Source of the DNA: Ostrea edulis
Lineage: Eukaryota
Assembly (NCBI RefSeq): GCF_947568905.1
Contig: NC_079165.1
Span: 3,844,001-3,908,000, forward strand
DNA length: 64,000 bases
Direction: 5' to 3'
Part shown: positions 12,469 through 24,664 of the stretch, piece by piece
How the letters are laid out: the number at the start of each line of letters is the position of its first letter
How positions within the stretch are numbered: position 1 is the first letter of the stretch
The notes under the pieces: model-generated
What the model saw: the letters and a program-made list of their open reading frames with translations, nothing else
Database searches by the model: none
What the model was told of the DNA's origin: nothing
Made by a program: the position numbers and the translations under genes

Positions 12469-13400
12469 TATATCGCCTTAAATCTTCACTCCAGAGCAGT
12501 AATATTAACTGCGTGTATGCTTATACAATGTAGTCATGTTGAATTTAGAAGCTTCTCCCAAAATTGTACATTTGTAATTTATGACCTCTCGATGTGGAGC
12601 CCAGACTCAAGTGCTGATATTTTGAGGTTACAATATTTGAAAACCTTTACTCCTAAACATGAACTATAGACTGTTTTGTTGATTATGTTATAAGCCTTGA
12701 CAGAGGTCAAGGCCACTGATAAAAGCATATAGAAATATTTTCCCAGGAACATGCTATACCTTTGTGAATTATACACATTGGAAACGTGTATACTTGAAGT
12801 ATAAATAAAAACAAAGATTTCGTGATGACCCTACGTCACAGTAACTTAATTAGCAAGGCTACCAATACAATCGGTCATCGATATTTGCATATTCCTTTTA
12901 TTGATTGCCTAGCTGGGTTTATCAGTCGGTTACTGTGGCAACTGCTGATCTGTATGTACGTGTACATCGCGGGTTCGAGTCCATGTAATAGGGATTTAAT
13001 TGGGGTTTTTTGGGACAAAATAAAGTAGATTTGAAAGTTTTTAATATTTACAAATCATTGTTCAAATCTTACACTTTCCATCCATATCAAAATGCTCTGG
13101 GGTGTTATTCCTCCTTTAAAAAGTGACATGCCCAAGGATTCTCGGTTTATCATACAAATTCAACACTTCGAACACTTCTATGATATTGTAAGTATAATTC
13201 GCACCCATAGGTATTGCAATCAGTCAGAAATCTATAGGACAGTGTGTTCCGAATGGCTATTCAGCAGACCGAGCCAAAGACATTTCAGCAGACCGAGCCA
13301 AAGACATTTCAGCAGACCGAGCCAAGTATCATTCAGCATCATTCAGTATGCAAAGCCACGTGATAGAACCTCGGTTACTCGTTACAGACAAAACACACGT

Positions 13401-13439
<39 letters not shown>

Positions 13440-14826
13440 ATACAAACAAACCCCAACTTCCCGAATGAACTCTGATTGCATATGATTATCGTGCCACTTT
13501 GTATTGTTGTAGGTAGCGGGTCATTCCATTTACAAAAATCATTTGCTTTTATTCTCACAAATTATACTGCACGTGGATGTGTAATTAAAGAAATGATATA
13601 TCTTTTGATAAGTGTTCACAAAATAACACGTGCGTGCTCTGTCATTTCGATTAAAGTTTTTGGTTTTGTAAAACTCAATTCATGATCATGTTGTAATCAA
13701 TTTGGTCTTTTGAAGTGTATTTAATTTTCAACTCTAGGTTAGTTGAATGATAAAAATACACAAATTTGCCATCGACCATGAGTTTAAGTGTAATTTCTGT
13801 AGAACTAGATGATAGTAATAGATCATATTCAAATGGTTATATGTCATGCAGGAAAATCTAAATAAAGGTTTAAAAGAAAATAAACGTATAAAATTTCATT
13901 TTATGGCACAGAGAGGTATACTATCTCCCCCAAGCAATGATAAAAAGTACAAACTCAAGCAGATCATTTGTATATAGGTAAATCATGCGTTATATAAGAT
14001 TGTTAATATTGTACGTATATAGAAATAGTAATGTCTTGTGTGTCAATTGTGGTCCCACTTGGGGCATAACACGAGTTTGTTTAACATGCATGAGGACAAA
14101 ATAAAAAACAAGATTTAAGGATACATCCTATCTAAAAGTAACAATCGGACTACCGCAGTTAAACGATTCTTAAAAGCATGCTTTTGTTGGAAATCTTCAA
14201 TACGTGCAAACCAATTTAAAATAAATCTCTGCAATGGTAAAAATAATCATGGGGCTGTTAGATTTGATTCATCGATACCGCGAGCGAATGGTAGTAATAT
14301 CTAGCATTATATTTTCAACAGGTCATCTGTTGTAACAAATGGTGAATAATTTAAAAGTATCCTTAACATCTAATTTATCTATACGAGGTCTATTAGTATC
14401 ATGTAAACACAAATTCACAATTAATTATCTCGTAATTACGAAATAAGACTTAAGTATCTAATAATTACGAGATGGTGAAATGGGAATTTCTTTTTCGCAT
14501 GATTCTAAAATGTCTACGTCAATCTTATCATCTTGGATTCTTTGTAGCAACCATGTGTTCGCTTTAAACCCGGAATCTGTACACAGCCGGTTACATCAAC
14601 AAATCAAAACTGCTCGCTTATGTTGAATGGAACGCCCCCCCCCCCCCCCCCCCGTATGCAAATTAGATAACAATTAAAAGAGTTATTTTCATATGCCTTT
14701 ACATTGAACATAGCGTAGACTATTAATTTTACTTTACATGTTTGATGTTGCACTTTATATTGTTAAACCTTTTAGTCATTCTCTTCTCGGTCTTTGTTAA
14801 TTTGTAAACCGGAAATAAGAGATATG

Positions 14827-14833
<7 letters not shown>

Positions 14834-14880
<47 letters not shown>
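14834..14880. repeat. (TA)n microsatellite
   Basis: Uninterrupted TA run. Confidence 0.95.
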
Positions 14881-14884
<4 letters not shown>

Positions 14885-15429
14885 ATGTTCTTAAGATAAC
14901 TGTGATTTGTTTTCATGTGTATTACAGGATGAAATTGTGTTTGATAAAAGTATTTTCGAGATTTAAAAATCAAACTTTCAACCGCTACAGGCAGATCAAA
15001 ATTAATGTCATTTGTCAAGAAATCGATAACACTAGAACTATATCAACTAGTCAACTATGTTTTATATCAAAAGAAGAACAACAACAGGTCAAGTTTAATG
15101 TAGACTAAATGAACTTTAATTTGTTTTTATCTTTGCTAATTTATAAAAATATGTCAGTAACAAACTTAGGAAGTTACAGGGGTTATTTTTTTTTTCAAAA
15201 GAAAAACCAACGGAACTTCAAATTAAATCATTTATGATATAATGTCCAGAAGGCAGTTCTTCGGAAATATTAAAAAATCCCTTGAATAAATCGCCGAAAA
15301 GGAACATTTATATTGCATTTTTTGATGATAACGATCTTATAAAAAGGACATAACATCTTTGTTTGTTTGAACACACATTCGCTCAATGTTCGTCACAAGC
15401 ATACTTTCGCGAGACTCTTCAACGCGCTG

Positions 15430-16120
15430 TTATGCCCATTTTGAAAAAGGGGGCATGTTGGTTTGCATCTGTCGGTCGGTCAGTTGACCAAGAGTTGTCC
15501 GCTTCATATCTTAAGAATCTTTAGCTTGACAGACTTCTTTGTAATACTCACAGGGGCCAAGCCCGTTTTGGGCCCGAACCCTGTGATACCATAAATGTGG
15601 TATCACAGGGTTCGGGCCCAAAACGGGCTTAGCCCCTGTGGTAATACTGTGGTGTTTTTTTTTTTCTCTTTCTAAAGAGTAGATAATTCCTACTAAATTT
15701 GAGATCACAAGGTCAAAGGTTAATCTACACTAGACATTGTCCGTTCAAGATCTTGAAAACTCTTTGCTTGACAGACATCAAACGTGGTACACTACTTCCC
15801 TCAAGAAGCAGATGTCCCCAATTGATTTTGAGGTCACAATGTCAAAGGCAAAGGGTTAAACTGGACATAATAAGATACTGTTTACTCATTATCATAAGAA
15901 TCCTTTGCTTAACAGACATCAAACTTGATACAGTGAAGAATAGATGGTCCCATTGGTTTTCTATTCACAAGGTCATAGGTCATGACTAAAAAAAAAACTG
16001 GTTATTTGGAAATGCATGTTTTGTATCACTATTATTACAGACATTCTAAATTTAAAGATGATCCCATCAATATCGCCACATGGGGGCATGTATGTTTATA
16101 ACATTTAGACATTTCTTGTT
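15430..16120. mobile_element. HINE/pearl-like non-autonomous element with core repeats
   Basis: Terminal hairpin (atgccc...gggcat), GTCG microsatellite, aggtcaaagg core repeats, and an end TCTTGTT resembling the terminus of the 46985 element. Confidence 0.55.
15549..15640. mobile_element. 92-bp fold-back MITE with 8-bp target-site duplication
   Basis: 43-bp inverted arms (1 mismatch), 6-nt spacer, and GTAATACT directly repeated at 15541-15548 and 15641-15648. Confidence 0.8.
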
Positions 16121-16792
16121 TCATTCTTCATTTTATGAGCCGCAAAACGTACAAGGGAGATAATTACCATACAAACTCTTTTTAACCCACGTTTACACGC
16201 TGCTTATTGAATAGTTCCGATAACACTAATGTTGTCCCCTGCTTCACTGAATGCGAGAGATAAAATACTAATAGTATATTAGTAGAGCAATATGTGTTTT
16301 GTTTGTCTGCTCGTCTGTCTGTAAAACCAAGCTTTCCGGATATCTGAACCCAAGCAATGAGTCTTCACACATAAAGAGTTATCGTTACTTAAAGATTTAA
16401 GGTTAAAAAGTAAAAAAAACAAAAACAAAACAACAATAAAAACAGGTCCCAACTGACCATTTGAGTTTTAACATTAAGTCCACATGAAGAGAATCAAGGA
16501 TGACCCCTTTTTGTTTTGGGTTAAAAAGTTATTGGTGCATTTAGTAAGATATTTGCAGATGATATCTGAAATATGTTTGTGTACAACAAAACCAGAACTG
16601 GGTTCAAAATCAAGATATGCAAATCTAAATGTTCATAGTACAGTGAAAACAGAGTAATTGAACATGCTGCGGGGGACGAATGATTTTGTCGGATTAGACA
16701 GGATAACTAATTTACTGGTTGTATAGAACGCAGGGAAATAAAGATTATTGGGATTGATAATAGGGACGGAATTCCCAGTGGTGTGCGGCGTA

Positions 16793-17038
16793 GAGGAAAT
16801 ACATCAGTACCAGTGCCTTACTCCAACTACTGAGAGGAAATACATCAGTACCAGTGCCTTACTCCAACTACTGAGAGGAAATAAATCAGTACCAGAGCCT
16901 TACTCCAACTACTGAGAGGAAATAAATCAGTACCAGTGCCTTACTCCAACTACTGAGAGGAAATAAATCAGTACCAGTGCCTTACTCCAACTACTGAGAG
17001 GAAATACATCAGTACCAGTGCCTTACTCCAACTACTGA
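16793..17038. repeat. 41-bp minisatellite x6
   Basis: Unit GAGGAAATACATCAGTACCAGTGCCTTACTCCAACTACTGA. Confidence 0.95.
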
Positions 17039-17129
17039 GCAATATGAATGCCAAAGTTGGAGTAAGTAAAGAGTTCTTCAACACAATTGGTGAACATGGG
17101 GGCATGTATGTTTATAACATTTAGACATA

Positions 17130-18370
17130 GTTATGGAAAGGCGATAATAACGAACAGTGATGAATGTCATAACTCCTATAAGCAATACAAAATAGAGAGT
17201 TGGGTAAACACGGACCCCTGGATATACCAGAGGTGGGGTCAGGTGCCCAGGAGGAGTAAGTATCCCCTGTCGATCGGTCACACCCGCTGTGAGACCTATA
17301 TCTTGATCAGGTAAACGGAGTTATCCGTAGTCAAATCCAGTATGCCAAGAACGGCCTAACAATCGGTATGAAACATGTCAGACAACATTTGACCCAAATT
17401 ATAGGTTGTATTGGCAAACTAGATCGTTATAACGACCATAGAATTTGCGAAATACTGACTTTAAACGAGACTGTTGAAACCCCTGTACCATCAACTTGCT
17501 TGTCAATAGCTTGCCTCGATTTAAAGACTGACCATATGCAGAACAAGCTCTTATGTATCGAATCAGTTGAGAGATATAAACATTATATGCAGGTGATAAT
17601 AGAACATTGCTACATGAATATGGGAAGTTGACGATGGAGAAGCTGAAATTGTTCGTTTTTGCCGTTAATATCTACTTTCAATAAAATATCTAAGTATGAA
17701 GCAGAAGTGGACGACTCTGTGGTGTCTTTTATTTCGAGTTCACAGGGATAAAGTTTCCCAGTTTACTTTCGGAGGGTTGGTGGTCTCTTACCAGGTACAT
17801 TGTATCTGGGTTCTGTATTCCACCTATAAAAACTGGGCACCACCAGATAACTGAAAAATTGTTGAGTGTGGCGGAAAACATCAATCAATCGAATCGACAT
17901 ATGAATGAAAGTTATTATTGTTAATAGATAAAACGTCGTCGATATATCTGAATGTTGAATTAAAGGCCACAGCAAGAGGTTTCTTTCTTCTCACGTAGAA
18001 GTTTTTGAATCAATTCAGCTTCATATGAATATAAAAACAGGTCAGCTAACAAAAGAGCACAATTCGTGCCCATGGGAATTCCAATAGACTGCTGGAAGAC
18101 CTGATCACCAAAGACCACGAAGATATTGTCAATGAGTAACTCTAGCATATTTTTCATTTCAACTTCATAGTACTTGTGCGTGGAATCAGAGTGTTGTTTT
18201 AAAAAACAATTTTTTGGATGACTGATCACTAAATATGAATATTTCCGTTGTCCATTTAGAATCCACATTTGATTTACACCACTTCTGACATATGTAGTCG
18301 CATAGTAAGTTTGAAGTTTCTCCTTCCCAGCTGTTGATATTTTCGTGAGAAGCAAAGATAGGAGCTTGAT
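17130..18370 (-). mobile_element. Second Penelope-like copy, internally deleted and interrupted
   Basis: 17130-17760 is the reverse complement of the 3' UTR/RT C-terminus of the 10490 copy. 17977-18370 encodes GIPMGTNCA..ADLFLYSYEAE and KISTAGKEKLQTY. Confidence 0.85.
17761..17895 (+). mobile_element. SINE-like 3' fragment inserted in the Penelope-like copy
   Basis: ggttggtggtctct...taaaaactgg...gataactgaaaaattgttgagtgtggcg, ending in an (AATC)n tail; resembles common bivalve SINE 3' ends (from recall). Confidence 0.5.
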
Positions 18371-19675
18371 TATCATGTACTATCATTTATGCAAGGGCAC
18401 TTAAGAGTTTCCAAAACAATAACATAAATGTATGAAAGATCCCTATATTCAGGTTTCAATATTAGATGCGTCGGAGTAAAATATGCAAATCATTTAAAAA
18501 TCAGCAGATGCGCACCAAAAGATCTTTAATAAAACCCGGCCATGATACATGGAGTCAACAGTGCTATCAAACATGATTGGATGAAGTTTAAAAACTGAAA
18601 CATTATTTATTCCCAAATAAGATTGTAGCACGTGCTCTTAATAATTGTATTAGTTTTATCAAACACGGAATGTTACAGAGGATTTGCCCCCTGTGCTCCC
18701 ATCAGGCGAATTGGGGATCTAAAAGTGACTAACAGACCCCCTTGTCTCTCAGATTGTCCATTCCCTTCTAGTTTGAAATCCTAAATCCGCCCATGCTTAT
18801 AAGGCAATTGCTCTGAAGAAGCTATTTAAATTGATTTTCAAAATGTAAGGATCATCATGGATCATCACGAAGGTATGCAAATGAAGCAAACTAGAATACA
18901 GTGCACGTGGTAAGACATATCCCCGGATCTATGTTACGTCATTGATGATGACGATAATAATAACTGGGATGGCTATGTACATGTATATACTGTGCATATC
19001 TGCAACTCTGATTTGGTCGTCACGGATTGTAAACAAAGCAATAATTAACCAAAATATATATATCTAAGTGTTTGCAGCTGTTCAAATCAAAATGAGAACT
19101 TTTGTTTTTATCTAATTGATAATGGGTTGCTCCTATATTTTTCACACTACCATTCCGAGGAGTACCACAGGCACCTGAAGTATGGATATTACTTACTTAC
19201 CCCCCTTTGTTGATAATTTTTTTTGGTGGCAATAATTTCTCTGAAATGTGTGAATTCCCAGTCTATCTCATCTCTCTTTCAATTCATGTAATCGTTTCAC
19301 GCTTTTTGTAAGCTTTAGAGATTGGCCTTCTACCGGTATGATAAAATACACAAGGTATGAAACAAAAATTTGTAAAGAAATAGAGGGTTCCCGTTTCGGG
19401 GCACATTTTCCAAGTACTTACAGCGTTACTTAAGGAATTTTGGCGAGCAGCAGGTCAGGGAGGTGTCATACTACAAGTCTCTTCAACTCAAAACCCATCT
19501 CATCTCTTTTATTTGACACAATCTTGCGTGCATTGATCGGACAGGGCTTCATCTCTTCCACTGGCAACCAAAAAGGAGGTCACAGAGTACGAATTTGTTG
19601 TACGCGCCGTGTGATTGGTTCGCAAAGACATTGCTTAGTCTCGGGATCATCCGAATACTCTGTTTGTTTACAAAT

Positions 19676-20494
19676 TTTTATACCCCCCAAACGAAGTTCA
19701 GGGGGTATATAGGAATCACTCTGTCTTGTCTGTCTGTCTGCGCAGATTCGTGTCCGGGCCATAACTTCTTTGTTCTTTGACATAGGCATATCATATTTGG
19801 CACACAAGTGGATAACCATGAGTCGATGTGTCAATTACCTTCATGACCTCTATGTGACCTTGACCCTTGACCTCAAGGTCAAAATTAAAGGATTTTTTTT
19901 TTTACAATGGATTCGTGTCCGGGCCATAACTTCTTTGTTCTTTGACATAGGCATACCATATTTGACTCATGCGTGTCTCACCATGAGTCGATGTGTCGGG
20001 TACCTTCATGACCTTCATATGACCTTGACCTCAAGGTCAAAATTGAAGGTTTTTACAATGGATTCGTGTCAGTGCCATGACTTCTTTGTTCTCTGACATA
20101 GGCATACCATATTTGACACATGAGTGTATCACCATGAGACGATGTGTCGGGTACCTTCATGACTTCTATATGACCTTGAACTTTGACCTCAAGGTCAAAA
20201 TTGATTGTAGGGTTTTGACATAGTCATACTATAAGACATGGGTGTATCACCATGAGACTATGTGTCATGTACATTCATGACCTCTTTATGACCTTGACCT
20301 TTGATCTCAAGGTCAAAATTATAGGTTTATACCATGGATTTGTGTTCGGACTATATCTTCCATTTTCTTCTACAAAGGCATACCATATTTTTACACTCAG
20401 GAAAGAGGTAATTTATACCTATTAACAACACCCTTTGGGAGATTGGGGTAAGCGGGGGTATTCTTAGTGAGCATTGCTCACAGTATCTCTTGTT
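19676..20494. mobile_element. HINE/Helentron-associated element with ~150-165 bp central tandem repeats (Cg170-like)
   Basis: Hairpin TATACCCCCC..GGGGGTATA at one end, (TGTC)n, about 4 core units containing gacctttgacctcaaggtcaaa, and TCTTGTT at the other end. Confidence 0.7.
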
Positions 20495-21844
20495 GTTTCA
20501 TACCTTGTGCTTACAAAAAGCGTGAAACGATTATATGAATCGAAAGAGGGATGATATAAACTGGGAATTAACACACATCAAATAAATTATTGCCACCAAA
20601 AAAAAAAAACACCCCCCCCCCCAAATAAAGGGGGGGGGGTGTAGTAATATTCATACTTCAGGTGTCTGTGGGAGTACTACAGGTAGCTGTAAAAACTTGT
20701 GTAAAATCGTATCTGATAACGAATAAAGATTGATTACAGTAATCAAAACTTATGTTTATATAATATATTTGTAAAATCTTATATTCAGAACTTTATGCAT
20801 GCTATTGATAAGAAATTATTGTACATGGTTTCTCATTTCCCACGCGCACTTTCTCTCACAACTACAAATAGACTGACCACCCCTGCGGTCGATAATGATA
20901 AGAGAAAAGATTCAGTGAATGTAAATATTATTGTATGCAATCATCAATAGATTTTGAATTGTGCACGTAATATTGTAACATCCAAGCAGATGTTCAGTGC
21001 ATATGTACAAGTATGGTCAGACTCCTGATTTCTATCAACTGCAAAACCAGTCCAGCATTCAATACCGGAAAAATATTCCACTCTGAATATCTCCCCTGAT
21101 TGAAGACACCTTGAATGGCACGGGTAAAGTGTGTCGCAGTCTGTATGATAATTAATGGAATGACAAGTTCCTTCGAGATACAAATGGAGTTTATTATTTT
21201 GTTTCGTGAATTGATCAGAATAAAGAGAATCTAACATATTTTGTAAGTGCGCATCTCCAGTCCCGGGTAATAGCTTTCTGCATTTGATTCGTTTTCTTGG
21301 CGAGCATGTCATGTGCATTACATATGCACCATGCAGTATTTTGCAAGTGATATATATTTTATGTTCTTTATTTATTCCATTCTATTATTATGTAACTGGC
21401 GAATTATTTCTCCGCGGTTATTTGTATTGAAATAATAACTACAAATACTTGCATGCACATGCAATTATGCAAGAATTTTTTTCTTTTATCTAAACTTTTA
21501 GAATGTTTTACAAATATACAATTGTGTAGATATACATTACATGATGTTTTAAACGTGATTTATTTGTTTCTCATTCCCTATACATTCCTATCGGAGATGT
21601 GCACTGGTCGAGTCCAGCTAGAAAATCACTCAGGTTTGACAACTACTTTTGGGGTATATACGGGTAGAGTAAAAGAAATTACGTATTTCAGAATTCATGT
21701 CAGCTTTAATTTTTACTCTCGACATTTAACCAACAATACCAATATCAAGGTCCAGTCTGAAATAGGAAAATATCGTGTATATTAAGACTAACTAAATATC
21801 AGTTGCTGCCCCGATGATTTCAAAAAGTTTGACTATTTGTTTAT

Positions 21845-22190
21845 NNNNNNNNNNNNNNNNNNNNNNNNNNNNNNNNNNNNNNNNNNNNNNNNNNNNNNNN
21901 NNNNNNNNNNNNNNNNNNNNNNNNNNNNNNNNNNNNNNNNNNNNNNNNNNNNNNNNNNNNNNNNNNNNNNNNNNNNNNNNNNNNNNNNNNNNNNNNNNNN
22001 NNNNNNNNNNNNNNNNNNNNNNNNNNNNNNNNNNNNNNNNNNNNNNNNNNNNNNNNNNNNNNNNNNNNNNNNNNNNNNNNNNNNNNNNNNNNNNNNNNNN
22101 NNNNNNNNNNNNNNNNNNNNNNNNNNNNNNNNNNNNNNNNNNNNNNNNNNNNNNNNNNNNNNNNNNNNNNNNNNNNNNNNNNNNNNNNNN
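21845..22190. other. Assembly gap (346 N)
   Basis: Run of N; it truncates the last visible lectin exon. Confidence 1.
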
Positions 22191-23391
22191 TTTCACAAAT
22201 AAAACTCTGCTTCGCAGCACAGGGGAAATCATTCCAGTGAAACGAAAATGGTTTGTACAAATGGGCGCAATTCTCGTTCTGCTGGTAATTATTTGGTTGG
22301 CCCGGGGACCAGTCTTTGTATACGGGGGTTGATTGAGAGGACATCCATAGCCATTCGCCTTCAAAGATAGTGTCAGTAAGACCGATCCAGAAGCTATCTG
22401 TAAAGAAACAAATCAGGATTACACGAACTCTTGGAATATCATATTGGTTTAACAATTATAGAGTATACGTAGTAACAAAAAGGAATATAGAAAAGTCTTC
22501 ATGAATACTTTTTAGTTGATAAATTTTCATTTTGGAAATTATATGAGGGTGTGAACTGAAGCTTCACGCCAGCGTACTTCATAAATCGCGTTAGCATGGT
22601 TAGTGCATATTGTAAAGTATGCCGGTGTGACGTGTTACAGTACATACGCTCATGTTTTTTCAATCAATATATTGTATAATTCTCAGTCGTTAAAATAATT
22701 ATATATTATATTTATCAAGATTCATACGCACATTTTGTAAAGCTGCATCGCATTCATGAGGAAATGGCGATCATTACAATCAGTTAAAACACCAAAGCCA
22801 ACAACATCGGAAATGTAAATATGAATTAATGGCAATAAAACCCTGGTCTTACCATTGGTTCCTCTGTCAATCAAATGAAGTCGTAAGAAATCGTTTTCTG
22901 CAGCAGTTTCTATTTCTACCAGTTTAGCTGATATTCCTGTACAGAATGCCTACACAATAACAGAATTAATGATGCATGTAGTAAGAAACACACATAAGAT
23001 TGAAAAATGATCGATCTTCACAAACATAAAAGAAGTCAAAACAGACTAAATGATCACCCTCTAGACTATAATAAGATATACCGTTTTAGCTTAATTGATT
23101 GAGATTTCACAACAACTATACCATTGCTTCTGTCCAGGTGTCCGGGGCCCCTGTAACAAACGCGTAACACGAGGACCCTCGCTTAATCCAGCCATGGTGA
23201 CACGATTCCGCATTTACTGTCAGAGCTAAGTATGTAACATATAATACACCGTATAATACTCGTAATGAATAGAAATCATAAAAATAGAATTCGGTCCGTT
23301 AAGTAATGAATACCATCTTCTATCAATGTGGAGTATGTCCTCTACCTGTAACAATCAATGCAGCAAAACACTGTAGAGACGTGAAGCTCAT
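22191..23391 (-). CDS. Secreted C-type lectin (perlucin-like), 3' end lost in gap; join(23391..23346,23225..23122,22949..22853,22397..<22191)
   Basis: Exons of 46, 104, 97 and >=207 nt with GT-AG boundaries and phases 1,0,1. Translation: MSFTSLQCFAALIVTALTVNA-ESCHHGWIKRGSSCYAFVTGAPDTWTEAMAFCTGISAKLVEIETAAENDFL...SFWIGLTDTIFEGEWLW...DWSPGQPNN..ENCAHL...WNDFPC....FICE. This has the canonical CTLD cysteines and WIGL motif. Confidence 0.9.
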
Positions 23392-23629
23392 TTCTAGGAC
23401 TGTAACGTAATGTTTGCAGTAATCATTATCAGAGCTTGGTGCAGTGTTATCTCAGTTACTCTTTGCCCTATTCACTTAACCTTCTACAAGGATTGTAGGA
23501 CATTATAATAAGTAGAATTTCCCTTTTTACCATTATTCTTTTTTTTGAAATACAACGTTTTACTACGAAAGCCGGCTTAGTTCATTTTTGAAAAAGTAAA
23601 GAAAAAAAATCTAACTCGTAATAACTAGT

Positions 23630-24560
23630 AAGATATTTCGTGAAAAAGTTAATATCCCGTTATAACGAGTTAATCATCTAATTAATTATCTCGTAATAAC
23701 GAGTTAATCATCTCGTTACAACGACTTAATTATCTTCTTGTAATGAGTTCGTATCTCATTTTAACAAGTTAAGTATCTCGTTACAACAACTTAATTATCT
23801 TCTTATAATGAGTTTCTATCTCGTTTTAACGACTTAATTATCTCGTTACAACGACTTAATCATCTTCTTGTAATGCGTTTGTGTCTCGTTATAACGAGTT
23901 AATTGTCTCGTTACAACGACTTAATTATTTTCTTATAATGAGTTCGAATCTCGTTTTAACAACTTAATTATCTCGTTACAACGACTTAATTATCTTCTTG
24001 CAATGAGTTCGTATCTCGTTATAACAAGTTGATCATCTCATTACAACAATTTGATTATCTTCTTATAATGAGTTCATATCTCGTTATAGCAACTTAATTA
24101 TCTCGTTACAATCACTTAATTAGCTTCTTATAATGAGTTTGTATCTCGTTATAACGAGTTAATTATCTCGTTACAACGACTTAATTATCTTCTTATAATG
24201 AGTTCGAATCTCGATATAACGAGTTAATTATCTCGTTCTAACGACTTAATTATTTTATAATGAGTTCATATCTCGTTACAACGCCTTAATTATCTTCTTA
24301 TAATGAGTTCGTATCTCGTTATAACGCCTTAATTATCTTCTTATAATGAGTTCGTATCTCGTTATAACAACTTAATTATCGTCTTATAATGAGTTTGTAT
24401 CTCGTTATAACGACTTAATTATCTCGTTATAACGACTTAATTATCTTTTTATAATGAGTTCGTATCTCGTTCTAACGAGTTCATTATCTCGTTACAACGA
24501 CTTAATTATCTTCTTGTAATGAGTTCGTATCTCGTTATAACGAGATAAATAACTCCTTAT
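23630..24560. repeat. Composite AT-rich minisatellite of quasi-palindromic units
   Basis: Recurring AACGAG-TTAATTAT-CTCGTT and TCTTATAATGAGTTCGTA subunits. Confidence 0.85.
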
Positions 24561-24664
24561 AACGAAGTAACAGACGGAACCGTTTCAGGGTCTTTTCTTG
24601 TTCCCGAAATTTAAGATCAATTATAAAACAAGCTGTAGCTATGGTATAATCAAATGTATATATA

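Noticed and set aside
16825-16850. Hammerhead-like CTGAGAG-GAAA in the 41-bp repeat
   Set aside because: It does not match the CUGANGA core and there is no stem II.
21792-22364. ORFs spanning the N-run
   Set aside because: Artefacts of translating N. Only the minus-strand lectin frame is real.
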